A stretch of DNA of 64,000 nt from Escherichia coli (GTDB lineage Bacteria; Pseudomonadota; Gammaproteobacteria; Enterobacterales; Enterobacteriaceae): NCBI RefSeq assembly GCF_017348835.2, contig NZ_CP071375.1; one strand, given 5' to 3'. The first letter of the stretch is position 1; each line of letters begins with the position of its first letter. The translations under genes were made by a program, and so were the position numbers. Positions 1 to 15,191 of the stretch are shown one piece after another. Under the pieces are notes generated by a model. That model ran no database searches. It worked only from the letters and a program-made list of their open reading frames with translations, and had not been told where the DNA came from.

Positions 1-164
1 CCAAACCGGAGTTTCAGGTGCGCTGGCGCTGGCAACCAAATGATATTGCGATTTGGGATAACCGCGTGACCCAGCACTATGCCAATGCCGATTACCTGCC
101 ACAGCGACGGATAATGCATCGGGCGACGATTCTTGGGGATAAACCGTTTTATCGGGCGGGGTAA
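1..164 (+). CDS. tauD: Taurine dioxygenase, 3' end (partial; runs off the window start)
   Basis: Open frame from the window edge ending ...[11 protein letters not shown], stop at 162-164; matches the TauD/TfdA family C-terminus and the K-12 neighbour of hemB. Confidence 0.7.
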   Translation, partial: KPEFQVRWRWQPNDIAIWDNRVTQHYANADYLPQRRIMHRATILGDKPFYRAG

Positions 165-322
165 TACGAGAGTGGACGGTCCCCTTGAGCGGCGAAAGAA
201 CGTTGATATAGATGAAGCGAGTGCGGACGGTCCACTCGCCCCCTTGGGGAGAGGGTTAGGGTGAGGGGGAGTTCACTGTACTTTCAATAGGTTAACTCCC
301 CCAACCGGAAGGCGTAAAAGTA

Positions 323-1297
323 TTAACGCAGAATCTTCTTCTCAGCCAGATCCAGCGCAAAGTAGCTGAAAATCAGATCCGCACCTGCACGCTTAATCGA
401 ACCTAAGCTTTCGAGCACCACTTTCTCTTCATCTATAGCACCCGCCAGCGCGGCGAACTTAATCATCGCGTACTCACCGCTCACCTGATACGCGCCAATC
501 GGCAATTCAGTACGTTCACGCAGCTCACGCACGATGTCGAGGTACGCTCCAGCAGGTTTAACCATCAGGCAGTCTGCGCCCTGGGCTTCATCCAGCAGTG
601 ACTCACGAATCGCCTCACGACGGTTCATTGGGTTCATCTGATAGCTTTTGCGGTCGCCTTTTAATGCGCTTCCGGCAGCTTCACGGAACGGACCATAAAA
701 GGAGGAGGCGAACTTGGTCGAATACGACATAATCGCCGTATCTTTAAAGCCAGCAGCGTCCAGCGCCTGGCGAATCGCCTGTACCTGGCCATCCATCGCG
801 GCGGAAGGGGCGATGAAGTCTGCACCTGCAGCAGCTGCAACCACGGCTTGCTTGCCTAAATTTTCCAGAGTCGCGTCGTTGTCGACGCCATGCTCGCACA
901 GCACACCGCAGTGACCGTGAGAAGTGTATTCACAGAAGCAGGTGTCTGACATGACAATCATTTCTGGCACTGTCTGCTTGCAGATGCGCGACATACGCGC
1001 CACCAGTCCATCTTCCCGCCAGGCATCGCTGCCGGTTTCATCGGTATGGTGAGAGATGCCAAAAGTCATCACGGAACGAATACCGGCGTTGGCGATGCGT
1101 TCAATTTCGCGTGCCAGATGTTTCTCTGGAATGCGCATCACGCCTGGCATGGCTTCAACGGCTTTGTAGTCGTCAATTTCTTCTTCAACAAAGATCGGCA
1201 ACACCAGGTCGTTAAGGCTAAGTGTTGTCTCTTCAAACATAGCGCGCAGCGCAGGAGATTTGCGCAGGCGACGAGGGCGTTGGATTAAGTCTGTCAT
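323..1297 (-). CDS. hemB: Porphobilinogen synthase (delta-aminolevulinate dehydratase)
   Basis: 335-aa ORF recognised as HemB; start placed at the internal Met ([13 protein letters not shown]...) giving 324 aa. Confidence 0.93.
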
Positions 1298-1820
1298 GGT
1301 CTGCCTGATGTTTGTGGAATCGAGGGGCATAGTATACCTGAAGCAGGGTAGGGATGTTTTACGAAAGTTGTCGCGATGTTGACAAGAAGAGAATGGAAGA
1401 GAGGCCAGGACATCTTTTTAATAGAAACAGCAATAATTTTATATTCACTGAAAATATTTTTAATCTTTATTTATAGCTATTGGTTATTATTCTTTGGAGT
1501 TTGGTTGCGCTGCTATAAATTGAATAATTAAAACTTTGTTGCATATTCATAGGATATTTATCTGGTTTGTGTTTGTGATATTTATTATGCGAATGTTTCA
1601 AAAATAAAATTATCTGCAACATGTTGAAATACTATGCTTTTATGAATTTGATGCGTGTTTTTCTCCATAAATTATATATGTCCACATTCGGACTTAGGGG
1701 AAAGAATAATTGAACCATTCGTCTGTAACGCAGCATAATCGTTAGCGCGAAACATAAGATGTTTTCTATGCATTGATAATTGATGGATCAACTTATTACG
1801 TCCCTGAGGAGGGATGACAA

Positions 1821-4796
<2,976 letters not shown>

Positions 4797-4797
4797 A

Positions 4798-5486
<689 letters not shown>

Positions 5487-6644
5487 TCAGGATGCGGGGA
5501 TAACCAACGGTTTATTCCCGCTTAGCTCGGTCACCAGATCATTGATGCCATCGCTCATATTTTTAAAGCGCGTCAACGGCGAACGAGTGACCACCACAAA
5601 CGCGCCAATATTCTTCTGTGGGATCATCGCCATATAGGTAATGAAACCGCCACCACCACCTGTCTTCTGAATAATCCCCGGACGACCCTCTTTCGGGGCC
5701 ATATATACCCAGCCTAAACCAAGCGCATCCGCTTTGCCGGGGACATCCATGCCAATCACTTTCGTAAACTGCGCGCGCTGATAAATCAACGTCTGCATGC
5801 GATCTGCCTGGTTACTGCGCTGATAAAAATCAGATGACAAATACTGCTGCATCCAGCGCATCATATCGCCAGGCGTGGAATAGACGCCGCCGCTGCCAAT
5901 TGCCGCCAGCGTGTTATTGCACGGACTGGCACCGCGCTCAGCAACCATTAAACGGCGGCACTGATCCGGTGAGGGGGTGTAGGTGGTGTCTTTCATCCCC
6001 AATGGACGGGTAATCTGCTCTTCAAACAACTGGGTATAAGGCTTGCCGGACGCATTCGCCAGTGCATCTGCCAGCAGGTCGAACGCAAGGTTAGAGTACG
6101 CCGCCTGACTGCCTGGCGCGGCTTTCAGCTTCGCCGTAGAAAGGTATTTCCAGCGTTGCTCGCGCGTTGGCCAGACAAACACCGGACGATGTGCCGCGCC
6201 ACCGGGCTGTTCACGGGGCAGGGCGCTGGTATGGGTTGCCAGATTGACCAGCGTAATGGGCGTCCCATTGTAGGTTGGCACGCGTGCGCCTGGCGGAGCA
6301 TATTTACTTAGCGGATCGTTTAACTTCACGGTCCCCTGGTCGAGCAATTTCACCAGCATCTCACTGGTCATTAGCTTGGTGAGGGAAGCAATACGCACGA
6401 CCGAATCCAGCTGCGGGCGAACGTTATTACCAGGTCGCGTTTCGCCATAACTGCGAAAGACGCGCTGGTTACCGTCGATAACAACCAGCGCCATCCCCGT
6501 GGCACCGCTTCCGTAAAAAATATGATCGGCATAACGATCGACAATATCAGAGGCAAACTCCGGTTCAGTGATCGGCTGCGCCGCATGGACGGAGGTCAAT
6601 GACGCCGCACACAGCACGGCAGAAAAAAGCAGACTACGTTTCAA
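5487..6644 (-). CDS. ampH: Penicillin-binding protein AmpH (class C beta-lactamase-like DD-peptidase)
   Basis: 385-aa ORF with signal peptide and SxxK-type motif (IASLTK); conserved synteny. Confidence 0.9.
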   Translation of the reverse strand: MKRSLLFSAVLCAASLTSVHAAQPITEPEFASDIVDRYADHIFYGSGATGMALVVIDGNQRVFRSYGETRPGNNVRPQLDSVVRIASLTKLMTSEMLVKLLDQGTVKLNDPLSKYAPPGARVPTYNGTPITLVNLATHTSALPREQPGGAAHRPVFVWPTREQRWKYLSTAKLKAAPGSQAAYSNLAFDLLADALANASGKPYTQLFEEQITRPLGMKDTTYTPSPDQCRRLMVAERGASPCNNTLAAIGSGGVYSTPGDMMRWMQQYLSSDFYQRSNQADRMQTLIYQRAQFTKVIGMDVPGKADALGLGWVYMAPKEGRPGIIQKTGGGGGFITYMAMIPQKNIGAFVVVTRSPLTRFKNMSDGINDLVTELSGNKPLVIPAS

Positions 6645-6995
6645 CGGTGGTGTCCATAAATTGAATGAAGGTAACTGAGCGTATTTATACTACTCATTGA
6701 TGGATTGCAAAGGGCGAATTAGTGCAATAATAGTGTTAAAAACGTAACGGCGCGTAAACACGATCTTTTTCCTGCTCACCAATGCCTGCATTTGTGATCC
6801 TGCGCGTGTTAATCCGCTTATGTAAACAATCTTTGGTTTGTGAAATCCGTCGAAACAATTCTTATGGCCAGGCTGGCGAACTAAGCGCCTTGCTATGGGT
6901 CACAATGGGCGGTTTCATTTGGCTGACGCTTTGTAGCGGTCATGCGGTTAATACACAGCAGTTGTTAAAACGATAAGAAGTTAGCAGGAGTGCAT

Positions 6996-8216
6996 ATGTT
7001 TAAGTCTTTTTTCCCAAAGCCGGGAACGTTTTTTCTCTCGGCCTTTGTTTGGGCATTGATTGCCGTTATCTTCTGGCAAGCCGGTGGGGGTGACTGGGTG
7101 GCGCGTATCACCGGCGCTTCCGGGCAGATCCCGATTAGCGCCGCGCGTTTCTGGTCGTTGGATTTCCTGATTTTTTACGCTTACTACATTGTTTGCGTAG
7201 GACTTTTTGCATTGTTCTGGTTTATCTACAGCCCGCACCGTTGGCAATACTGGTCAATACTCGGTACTGCGCTGATTATCTTCGTCACCTGGTTTTTAGT
7301 GGAAGTCGGGGTTGCCGTCAACGCCTGGTATGCGCCGTTCTATGATCTGATTCAAACCGCGCTAAGTTCGCCGCATAAAGTCACTATCGAACAATTTTAC
7401 CGCGAAGTGGGCGTCTTTCTGGGGATTGCGCTGATCGCGGTGGTGATCAGTGTACTGAACAACTTCTTTGTCAGTCACTACGTGTTCCGCTGGCGTACAG
7501 CGATGAACGAATATTACATGGCGAACTGGCAACAACTGCGTCATATCGAAGGGGCCGCGCAGCGTGTGCAGGAAGACACCATGCGTTTTGCTTCAACGCT
7601 GGAGAATATGGGCGTCAGTTTTATCAACGCTATCATGACGTTGATCGCCTTCCTGCCGGTGCTGGTAACGCTCTCTGCGCATGTGCCGGAGCTGCCGATT
7701 ATCGGGCACATTCCGTATGGTCTGGTGATTGCCGCTATCGTCTGGTCGCTGATGGGGACCGGATTACTGGCAGTGGTAGGGATTAAACTGCCGGGGCTGG
7801 AGTTTAAAAACCAGCGAGTAGAGGCTGCCTACCGTAAAGAGCTGGTTTATGGTGAAGATGATGCCACGCGCGCGACGCCGCCTACGGTACGCGAGCTGTT
7901 TAGCGCCGTACGGAAAAACTATTTCCGCCTCTATTTTCACTATATGTATTTCAACATCGCCCGCATTCTCTATTTGCAGGTCGATAACGTTTTCGGTTTG
8001 TTCTTGCTGTTTCCGTCAATTGTTGCCGGTACGATTACGCTCGGCCTGATGACGCAGATTACCAACGTTTTTGGTCAGGTTCGCGGTGCTTTCCAGTACC
8101 TGATTAACTCATGGACCACACTGGTTGAGTTGATGTCTATCTACAAACGTCTGCGCAGCTTTGAACATGAGCTGGATGGTGACAAAATTCAGGAAGTAAC
8201 CCATACCTTGAGCTAA
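6996..8216 (+). CDS. sbmA: Peptide antibiotic / microcin transporter SbmA
   Basis: Multi-pass membrane protein beginning [15 protein letters not shown] (ATG at 6996, in frame with the upstream GTG at 6990); 406 aa. Confidence 0.92.
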   Translation: MFKSFFPKPGTFFLSAFVWALIAVIFWQAGGGDWVARITGASGQIPISAARFWSLDFLIFYAYYIVCVGLFALFWFIYSPHRWQYWSILGTALIIFVTWFLVEVGVAVNAWYAPFYDLIQTALSSPHKVTIEQFYREVGVFLGIALIAVVISVLNNFFVSHYVFRWRTAMNEYYMANWQQLRHIEGAAQRVQEDTMRFASTLENMGVSFINAIMTLIAFLPVLVTLSAHVPELPIIGHIPYGLVIAAIVWSLMGTGLLAVVGIKLPGLEFKNQRVEAAYRKELVYGEDDATRATPPTVRELFSAVRKNYFRLYFHYMYFNIARILYLQVDNVFGLFLLFPSIVAGTITLGLMTQITNVFGQVRGAFQYLINSWTTLVELMSIYKRLRSFEHELDGDKIQEVTHTLS

Positions 8217-8228
8217 AAAGGAGAAGTA

Positions 8229-9323
8229 ATGTCGCGCGTCAATCCTCTATCTTCGCTGTCATTGTTGGCGGTTCTGGTTTTAGCGGGGTGCAGTAGTCAG
8301 GCTCCGCAATCGTTGAAAAAGGGCGAAAAAGCGATAGATGTGGCGAGCGTCGTGCGGCAGAAGATGCCTGCGAACGTGAAAGACCGCGATGCCTGGGCGA
8401 AAGATCTCGCCACCACCTTTGAAAGTCAGGGGCTGGCACCGACGCTGGAAAACGTCTGCTCGGTGCTGGCGGTGGCGCAGCAGGAGTCAAATTATCAGGC
8501 AGATCCGGCCGTTCCGGGCTTAAGCAAAATCGCCTGGCAAGAGATTGACCGTCGTGCTGAACGGATGCACATTCCTCCTTTTCTGGTTCATACCGCGCTA
8601 AAAATCAAATCGCCAAACGGCAAAAGTTATAGCGAACGGTTAGATTCGGTGCGTACAGAAAAGCAATTGAGCGCGATTTTTGACGATCTGATCAGCATGG
8701 TGCCAATGGGGCAGACGCTGTTTGGTTCGCTTAATCCGGTGCGCACCGGTGGGCCGATGCAGTTCAGCATTGCTTTTGCCGAACAGCATACCAAAGGGTA
8801 TCCGTGGAAAATGGACGGTACAGTCCGTCAGGAAGTCTTTAGTCGCCGCGGCGGGTTGTGGTTTGGTACTTACCATTTACTGAATTATCCCGCCAGTTAT
8901 AGCGCACCGATATACCGTTTTGCTGATTTTAACGCTGGCTGGTACGCCAGCCGTAATGCCGCGTTTCAGAACGCGGTCAGTAAGGCCAGCGGCGTGAAGC
9001 TGGCACTGGACGGTGATTTAATTCGTTACGACAGTAAAGAACCCGGGAAAACCGAACTGGCAACGCGCAAACTGGCGGCAAAACTGGGGATGAGCGACAG
9101 CGAAATTCGTCGTCAGCTAGAGAAAGGTGACAGCTTCTCTTTTGAGGAGACGGCGCTGTACAAGAAAGTTTATCAACTTGCCGAAGCGAAAACGGGTAAA
9201 TCACTCCCCCGCGAAATGTTGCCTGGCATTCAACTGGAAAGCCCGAAAATCACCCGCAACCTGACTACGGCCTGGTTTGCGAAGCGCGTAGACGAACGGC
9301 GGGCGCGTTGTATGAAACAGTGA
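8229..9323 (+). CDS. yaiW: Lipoprotein YaiW
   Basis: 364 aa; lipobox LAGC after signal peptide; directly downstream of sbmA. Confidence 0.88.
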   Translation: MSRVNPLSSLSLLAVLVLAGCSSQAPQSLKKGEKAIDVASVVRQKMPANVKDRDAWAKDLATTFESQGLAPTLENVCSVLAVAQQESNYQADPAVPGLSKIAWQEIDRRAERMHIPPFLVHTALKIKSPNGKSYSERLDSVRTEKQLSAIFDDLISMVPMGQTLFGSLNPVRTGGPMQFSIAFAEQHTKGYPWKMDGTVRQEVFSRRGGLWFGTYHLLNYPASYSAPIYRFADFNAGWYASRNAAFQNAVSKASGVKLALDGDLIRYDSKEPGKTELATRKLAAKLGMSDSEIRRQLEKGDSFSFEETALYKKVYQLAEAKTGKSLPREMLPGIQLESPKITRNLTTAWFAKRVDERRARCMKQ

Positions 9324-9381
9324 TCAAACAGGAATGTCATGCCAGATAAGGCGTTTTAGGCCGTATCTGGCAACGTAAATC

Positions 9382-9690
9382 TTACTGGCGGCGATGTCGC
9401 CAGTGCAGCCATAGCGCCACCACTGCAAAAATGAGGCAGCCTACTAAAAACGGGATCAGCCCGAAAATGGTGCCGACACCTAAACCAATTTCCACCCGTG
9501 GGCGACCTGTTTCCTGGACCTGCATTAAACGCTCATAGACGCCGGGCGCATGCACTAACAGGTTCAGCAATTGCGCCCCAGCCCAAAAGCAAAACAGCAC
9601 AAACAACGCATAGGCAATGTTGCCAGGCGTTGAAGAGGCATTGCGATATTTTCCGCTAAACAGCGATTTTGACAGGGTGAAATCAGCCAT
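9382..9690 (-). CDS. yaiY: Inner membrane protein YaiY
   Basis: 102-aa hydrophobic ORF in the conserved position. Confidence 0.8.
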
Positions 9691-9949
9691 AAAAACCTCC
9701 GGAAGTCATCTGCTTCTCTTCTGGTGTGATACCAGCGGCTTATGGCAAGTCTGACAGGTCATTTAGATTGTCAATATCAGAATCATGGTAAATTGATGTT
9801 GGGAATATTCCCGAAGCGTGAATCTTCGTTGTGAGTCACAAAATGGCAACCTTAAGTTAAATTTATTAACAATCACGAAAATGTTGTCTACACCACAGAC
9901 AGTTGTTACAGAATATGCAAGGATGTTGTTTTTCGTTAACGGAGCTGCC

Positions 9950-10162
9950 ATGAATCTGCCTGTAAAAATCCGCCGTGACTGGCACTACTATGCGTTCGCC
10001 ATTGGCCTTATATTCATTCTTAATGGCGTGGTGGGTTTACTGGGATTTGAAGCAAAAGGTTGGCAGACCTATGCCGTCGGTCTGGTGACGTGGGTGATTA
10101 GTTTCTGGCTGGCGGGGCTGATTATTCGTCGTCGCGATGAAGAAACTGAAAACGCCCAATAA
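9950..10162 (+). CDS. yaiZ: Small membrane protein YaiZ
   Basis: Start placed at MNLPVKIRRDW (70 aa) rather than the longer 114-aa ORF; two hydrophobic segments. Confidence 0.75.
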   Translation: MNLPVKIRRDWHYYAFAIGLIFILNGVVGLLGFEAKGWQTYAVGLVTWVISFWLAGLIIRRRDEETENAQ

Positions 10163-10185
10163 GAATATTATCGGGCGTTTAAATA

Positions 10186-11280
10186 TTACATTGTGGTTTT
10201 CAATGCGTTATCCGCAGCGTGACGCTCCAGCGCCAGTTCAATCAAACGTGTGATCAGATCGGTGTAACTGAGACCGCTGGCTTGCCACAGCTTCGGATAC
10301 ATACTGATGTTGGTGAAGCCAGGCAGGGTGTTGATCTCGTTGATCACCACTTCGTTCTCTGGGGTTAAAAACACGTCTACACGCGCCATGCCTGCGCATC
10401 CCAACGTCTGATAAGCGTGAACGGCAATCGCCCGGATCTTATCGTTGATTTCTGGCGCAATGGCTGCCGGAACTACCACTTTTGCGCCATCTTCGTCAAT
10501 GTACTTGGTGTCGTAGGCATAGAAATCGCTGGTGAGTACGATCTCGCCACAGGTGCTGGCTTGCGGATTGTCGTTGCCCAGAACTGCGCATTCGATCTCA
10601 CGACCTTTGATCCCTTGCTCAACGATCACTTTATGATCGAACTCGAACGCCAGATCGACGGCAATTGCGTACTGTTCTTCACTGGTTACTTTGCTGACAC
10701 CAACAGAAGAGCCCTGATTAGCCGGTTTTACAAACAGTGGTAACCCCAGTTTAGACTCCACTTCGGCAAAACTGATGTTGTGACGATTAGCGCGCGTCAG
10801 GGTAATAAATGGCGCAATGTTCAGCCCGGCATCGCGTAGCAGACGTTTGGTGACATCTTTATCCATACAGGCTGCTGAAGCCAGAACATCAGAACCTACA
10901 AACGGTAAATTGGCGACCCGCAGCATTCCCTGCAAGGAACCATCTTCGCCCAGCGTACCGTGGACAATCGGGAAAATGACATCCACCGTCGGCAACGGCT
11001 GACCGTTTTGCGCGTCGATAAGCTGATGCTCATGTTTACCTGGCACCTGCGCAAGGCTGGTCGCCGAAGGGCGCAACGCAATATGGGCAGGATCGTCTGC
11101 ATTTAGCAGATAATTGCTGGCATCGCTGACGTGCCATTGCCCTTGTTTATCAATGCCCAGCAGCACAACGTCGAAGCGACTTTTATCAATGGCATCGACA
11201 ATGTTTTTTGCCGATTGCAGAGACACTTCATGTTCCGCTGATTTACCACCAAAAACGATTCCTACCCGCAGTTTTTCCAT
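10186..11280 (-). CDS. ddlA: D-alanine--D-alanine ligase A
   Basis: 364-aa ORF beginning [24 protein letters not shown]; ATP-grasp family. Confidence 0.93.
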   Translation of the reverse strand: MEKLRVGIVFGGKSAEHEVSLQSAKNIVDAIDKSRFDVVLLGIDKQGQWHVSDASNYLLNADDPAHIALRPSATSLAQVPGKHEHQLIDAQNGQPLPTVDVIFPIVHGTLGEDGSLQGMLRVANLPFVGSDVLASAACMDKDVTKRLLRDAGLNIAPFITLTRANRHNISFAEVESKLGLPLFVKPANQGSSVGVSKVTSEEQYAIAVDLAFEFDHKVIVEQGIKGREIECAVLGNDNPQASTCGEIVLTSDFYAYDTKYIDEDGAKVVVPAAIAPEINDKIRAIAVHAYQTLGCAGMARVDVFLTPENEVVINEINTLPGFTNISMYPKLWQASGLSYTDLITRLIELALERHAADNALKTTM

Positions 11281-11742
11281 CTTAAAAACCTATCCCGTCT
11301 AACACAAAGTGCATACATTACCACGACAAAACGGGGGATTCGCGGCCTTCTGAAAGATTGTTGCAATCTTCTGCTGACAAAGCGTGCAACGTACTGGTGA
11401 AGAAAGTGTGTTATCTCAAAGATGTGCGCAAGATCACAAAAATGATGAACGGGAAGCTAATTTATTCCTGGCTTAAATGGCAATGCGGTGAGTTTTTTTC
11501 TCTTAATTATAAGTTAACGAAGAGAATATATTTCATAACTTTTATTTATAATAAAGATTGATAATTAAAAGCCTATATTTTGTGTGGGTAATTATTTAAA
11601 TAAGAGAAACGTTTCGCTGGTAATCAAACAAAAAATATTTGCGCAAAGTATTTCCTTTGTCATAAAAATAATACTTCCAGACACTATGAAGTTGTGAAAC
11701 ATAATGTTAACTTCTCCATACTTTGGATAAGGAAATACAGAC

Positions 11743-12003
11743 ATGAAAAATCTCATTGCTGAGTTGTTATTTAAGCTTGCCCAAAAAGAAGAAGAGTCGA
11801 AAGAACTGTGTGCGCAGGTAGAAGCTTTGGAGATTATCGTCACTGCAATGCTTCGCAATATGGCGCAAAATGACCAACAGCGGTTGATTGATCAGGTAGA
11901 GGGGGCGCTGTACGAGGTAAAGCCCGATGCCAGCATTCCTGACGACGATACGGAGCTGCTGCGCGATTACGTAAAGAAGTTATTGAAGCATCCTCGTCAG
12001 TAA
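11743..12003 (+). CDS. iraP: Anti-adaptor protein IraP (RpoS stabiliser)
   Basis: 86-aa ORF immediately upstream of the phoA Pho box. Confidence 0.85.
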
Positions 12004-12023
12004 AAAGTTAATCTTTTCAACAG

Positions 12024-12041
12024 CTGTCATAAAGTTGTCAC
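12024..12041 (+). promoter_or_regulatory. phoA Pho box (PhoB binding site) with -10 TATAGT at 12052-12057
   Basis: Sequence CTGTCATAAAGTTGTCAC directly upstream of the phoA start; classic Pho box. Confidence 0.85.
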
Positions 12042-12103
12042 CGCCGAGACTTATAGTCGCTTTGTTTTTATTTTTTAATGTATTTGTACATGGAGAAAAT
12101 AAA

Positions 12104-13519
12104 GTGAAACAAAGCACTATTGCACTGGCACTCTTACCGTTACTGTTTACCCCTGTGACAAAAGCCCGGACACCAGAAATGCCTGTTCTGGAAAACCGGG
12201 CTGCTCAGGGCGATATTACTGCACCCGGCGGTGCTCGCCGCTTAACGGCTGATCAGACCGCCGCTCTGCGTGATTCTCTTAGCGATAAACCTGCAAAAAA
12301 TATTATTTTGCTGATTGGCGATGGGATGGGGGATTCGGAAATTACTGCCGCACGTAATTATGCCGAAGGTGCGGGCGGCTTTTTTAAAGGTATCGATGCC
12401 TTACCGCTTACCGGGCAATACACTCACTATGCGCTGAATAAAAAAACCGGCAAACCGGACTACGTCACCGACTCGGCTGCATCAGCAACCGCCTGGTCAA
12501 CCGGTGTCAAAACCTATAACGGCGCGCTGGGCGTCGATATTCACGAAAAAGATCACCCAACGATTCTGGAAATGGCAAAAGCCGCAGGTCTGGCGACCGG
12601 TAACGTTTCTACCGCAGAGTTGCAGGATGCCACGCCCGCTGCGCTGGTGGCACATGTGACCTCGCGCAAATGCTACGGTCCGAGCGCGACCAGTGAAAAA
12701 TGTCCGGGTAACGCTCTGGAAAAAGGCGGAAAAGGATCGATTACCGAACAGCTGCTTAACGCTCGTGCCGACGTTACGCTTGGCGGCGGCGCAAAAACCT
12801 TTGCTGAAACGGCAACCGCTGGTGAATGGCAGGGAAAAACGCTGCGTGAACAGGCACAGGCGCGTGGTTATCAGTTGGTGAGCGATGCTGCCTCACTGAA
12901 TTCGGTGACGGAAGCGAATCAGCAAAAACCCCTGCTTGGCCTGTTTGCTGACGGCAATATGCCAGTGCGCTGGCTAGGACCGAAAGCAACGTACCATGGC
13001 AATATCGATAAGCCCGCAGTCACCTGTACGCCTAATCCGCAATGTAATGACAGTGTACCAACCCTGGCGCAGATGACCGACAAAGCCATTGAATTGTTGA
13101 GTAAAAATGAGAAAGGCTTTTTCCTGCAAGTTGAAGGTGCGTCAATCGATAAACAGGATCATGCTGCGAATCCTTGTGGGCAAATTGGCGAGACGGTCGA
13201 TCTCGATGAAGCCGTACAACGGGCGCTGGAATTCGCTAAAAAGGAGGGTAACACGCTGGTCATAGTCACCGCTGATCACGCCCACGCCAGCCAGATTGTT
13301 GCGCCGGATACCAAAGCTCCGGGCCTCACCCAGGCGCTAAATACCAAAGATGGCGCAGTGATGGTGATGAGTTACGGGAACTCCGAAGAGGATTCACAAG
13401 AACATACAGGCAGTCAGTTGCGTATTGCGGCGTATGGCCCGCATGCCGCCAATGTTGTTGGACTGACCGACCAGACCGATCTCTTCTACACCATGAAAGC
13501 CGCTCTGGGGCTGAAATAA
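12104..13519 (+). CDS. phoA: Alkaline phosphatase
   Basis: GTG start ([21 protein letters not shown] signal peptide) chosen over the upstream ATG of the ORF track; active-site DSAASAT motif. Confidence 0.95.
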   Translation: MKQSTIALALLPLLFTPVTKARTPEMPVLENRAAQGDITAPGGARRLTADQTAALRDSLSDKPAKNIILLIGDGMGDSEITAARNYAEGAGGFFKGIDALPLTGQYTHYALNKKTGKPDYVTDSAASATAWSTGVKTYNGALGVDIHEKDHPTILEMAKAAGLATGNVSTAELQDATPAALVAHVTSRKCYGPSATSEKCPGNALEKGGKGSITEQLLNARADVTLGGGAKTFAETATAGEWQGKTLREQAQARGYQLVSDAASLNSVTEANQQKPLLGLFADGNMPVRWLGPKATYHGNIDKPAVTCTPNPQCNDSVPTLAQMTDKAIELLSKNEKGFFLQVEGASIDKQDHAANPCGQIGETVDLDEAVQRALEFAKKEGNTLVIVTADHAHASQIVAPDTKAPGLTQALNTKDGAVMVMSYGNSEEDSQEHTGSQLRIAAYGPHAANVVGLTDQTDLFYTMKAALGLK

Positions 13520-13526
13520 AACCGCT

Positions 13527-13562
13527 CCCGGCAGTGAATTTTCGCTGCCGGGTGGTTTTTTT
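13527..13562 (+). terminator. Rho-independent terminator of phoA
   Basis: Hairpin CCCGGCAGTGAATTTTCGCTGCCGGG followed by a T-run. Confidence 0.85.
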
Positions 13563-13637
13563 GCTGTTAGCAACCAGACTTAATGGCAGATCACGGGCGC
13601 ATACGCTCATGGTTAAAACATGAAGAGGGATGGTGCT

Positions 13638-13958
13638 ATGAAAATTACATTACTGGTTACCTTGCTTTTCGGTCTGGTTTTTTTAACCACCGTCGGCGCT
13701 GCCGAGAGAACCTTAACCCCACAACAACAGCGTATGACCTCCTGTAATCAGCAGGCGACGGCACAGGCGTTGAAAGGGGATGCTCGTAAGACCTACATGA
13801 GTGATTGCCTGAAGAACAGCAAGTCTGCGCCTGGTGAAAAAAGTTTGACGCCACAGCAGCAAAAGATGCGCGAATGTAATAATCAAGCAACGCAACAATC
13901 TCTGAAAGGTGATGATCGTAATAAGTTTATGAGCGCCTGCCTCAAGAAAGCCGCCTGA
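13638..13958 (+). CDS. psiF: Phosphate starvation-inducible protein PsiF
   Basis: Start at MKITLLVTLLFGL (signal peptide); internally duplicated LTPQQQ(R/K)M..C(N/L)..AT motif. Confidence 0.88.
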   Translation: MKITLLVTLLFGLVFLTTVGAAERTLTPQQQRMTSCNQQATAQALKGDARKTYMSDCLKNSKSAPGEKSLTPQQQKMRECNNQATQQSLKGDDRNKFMSACLKKAA

Positions 13959-14059
13959 CACCTGATAGTGCTAACGGGTGAGCTACGAAAATGGCTCACC
14001 CGAAATTTCATACTTCTGCCTTTAGCCCCGTCTCTATAATTTGGGAAAATTGTTTCTGA

Positions 14060-15175
14060 ATGTTCCCAAAAATAATGAATGATGAAAACTTTTTCAAAAA
14101 AGCGGCGGCGCATGGGGAGGAACCTCCTTTAACTCCTCAAAACGAACATCAGCGGTCCGGGCTGCGCTTCGCCCGTCGCGTCAGACTACCCCGCGCGGTT
14201 GGTCTGGCTGGCATGTTCTTACCGATTGCTTCAACGCTGGTTTCGCACCCGCCGCCGGGCTGGTGGTGGCTGGTGTTGGTCGGCTGGGCGTTCGTCTGGC
14301 CGCATTTAGCCTGGCAGATAGCGAGCAGGGCCGTCGATCCGCTTAGCCGGGAAATTTACAACTTAAAAACCGATGCAGTATTAGCGGGAATGTGGGTAGG
14401 CGTAATGGGCGTAAACGTGCTGCCTTCCACCGCGATGTTGATGATTATGTGTCTGAATTTGATGGGGGCAGGCGGCCCCCGTCTGTTTGTCGCGGGTCTG
14501 GTGTTGATGGTGGTTTCCTGCCTTGTCACCCTCGAGCTGACGGGCATCACCGTGTCGTTCAATAGTGCGCCGCTGGAATGGTGGCTCTCCCTTCCCATTA
14601 TTGTCATTTATCCTCTGCTGTTTGGCTGGGTCAGCTACCAGACGGCGACTAAACTGGCGGAACATAAACGCAGGTTGCAGGTCATGAGTACCCGTGACGG
14701 CATGACGGGCGTGTATAACCGACGTCATTGGGAAACTATGTTACGCAATGAATTTGATAACTGTCGGCGGCATAATCGCGATGCAACGTTACTGATTATC
14801 GATATCGACCATTTCAAGAGCATCAACGATACCTGGGGCCATGATGTGGGCGATGAAGCGATTGTGGCGCTTACCCGACAGTTACAAATTACCCTGCGCG
14901 GTAGCGATGTGATTGGTCGGTTTGGCGGCGATGAGTTTGCAGTAATCATGTCCGGTACGCCAGCTGAGAGCGCCATTACCGCCATGTTACGGGTGCATGA
15001 AGGGCTAAATACATTACGTTTGCCGAATACGCCACAGGTAACTTTACGGATTAGTGTGGGGGTTGCGCCGCTGAACCCACAAATGAGTCACTATCGTGAG
15101 TGGTTGAAATCGGCAGATTTGGCGCTTTACAAAGCAAAGAAAGCCGGACGTAACCGCACCGAAGTGGCGGCCTGA
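14060..15175 (+). CDS. dgcC: Diguanylate cyclase (AdrA/YaiC)
   Basis: 371 aa; N-terminal membrane domain plus C-terminal GGDEF domain (RFGGDEFAV). Confidence 0.92.
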   Translation: MFPKIMNDENFFKKAAAHGEEPPLTPQNEHQRSGLRFARRVRLPRAVGLAGMFLPIASTLVSHPPPGWWWLVLVGWAFVWPHLAWQIASRAVDPLSREIYNLKTDAVLAGMWVGVMGVNVLPSTAMLMIMCLNLMGAGGPRLFVAGLVLMVVSCLVTLELTGITVSFNSAPLEWWLSLPIIVIYPLLFGWVSYQTATKLAEHKRRLQVMSTRDGMTGVYNRRHWETMLRNEFDNCRRHNRDATLLIIDIDHFKSINDTWGHDVGDEAIVALTRQLQITLRGSDVIGRFGGDEFAVIMSGTPAESAITAMLRVHEGLNTLRLPNTPQVTLRISVGVAPLNPQMSHYREWLKSADLALYKAKKAGRNRTEVAA

Positions 15176-15191
15176 CGTCCGGCGAAAGTCA

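Noticed and set aside
323-1330. Longer N-terminal extensions proposed by the ORF track for hemB, proC, yaiI, rdgC, mak, araJ, sbcD, yajC, secF, tsx, ribE, yajO and psiF
   Set aside because: The recognised protein N-termini begin at internal Met/GTG codons; the upstream extensions run into neighbouring genes or promoters.
11358-11561. 67-aa ORF in the ddlA–iraP intergenic region; similar short ORFs at 6782-6976 and 1672-1863
   Set aside because: They lie in AT-rich promoter regions with no RBS or conservation signal; more likely noncoding regulatory DNA.
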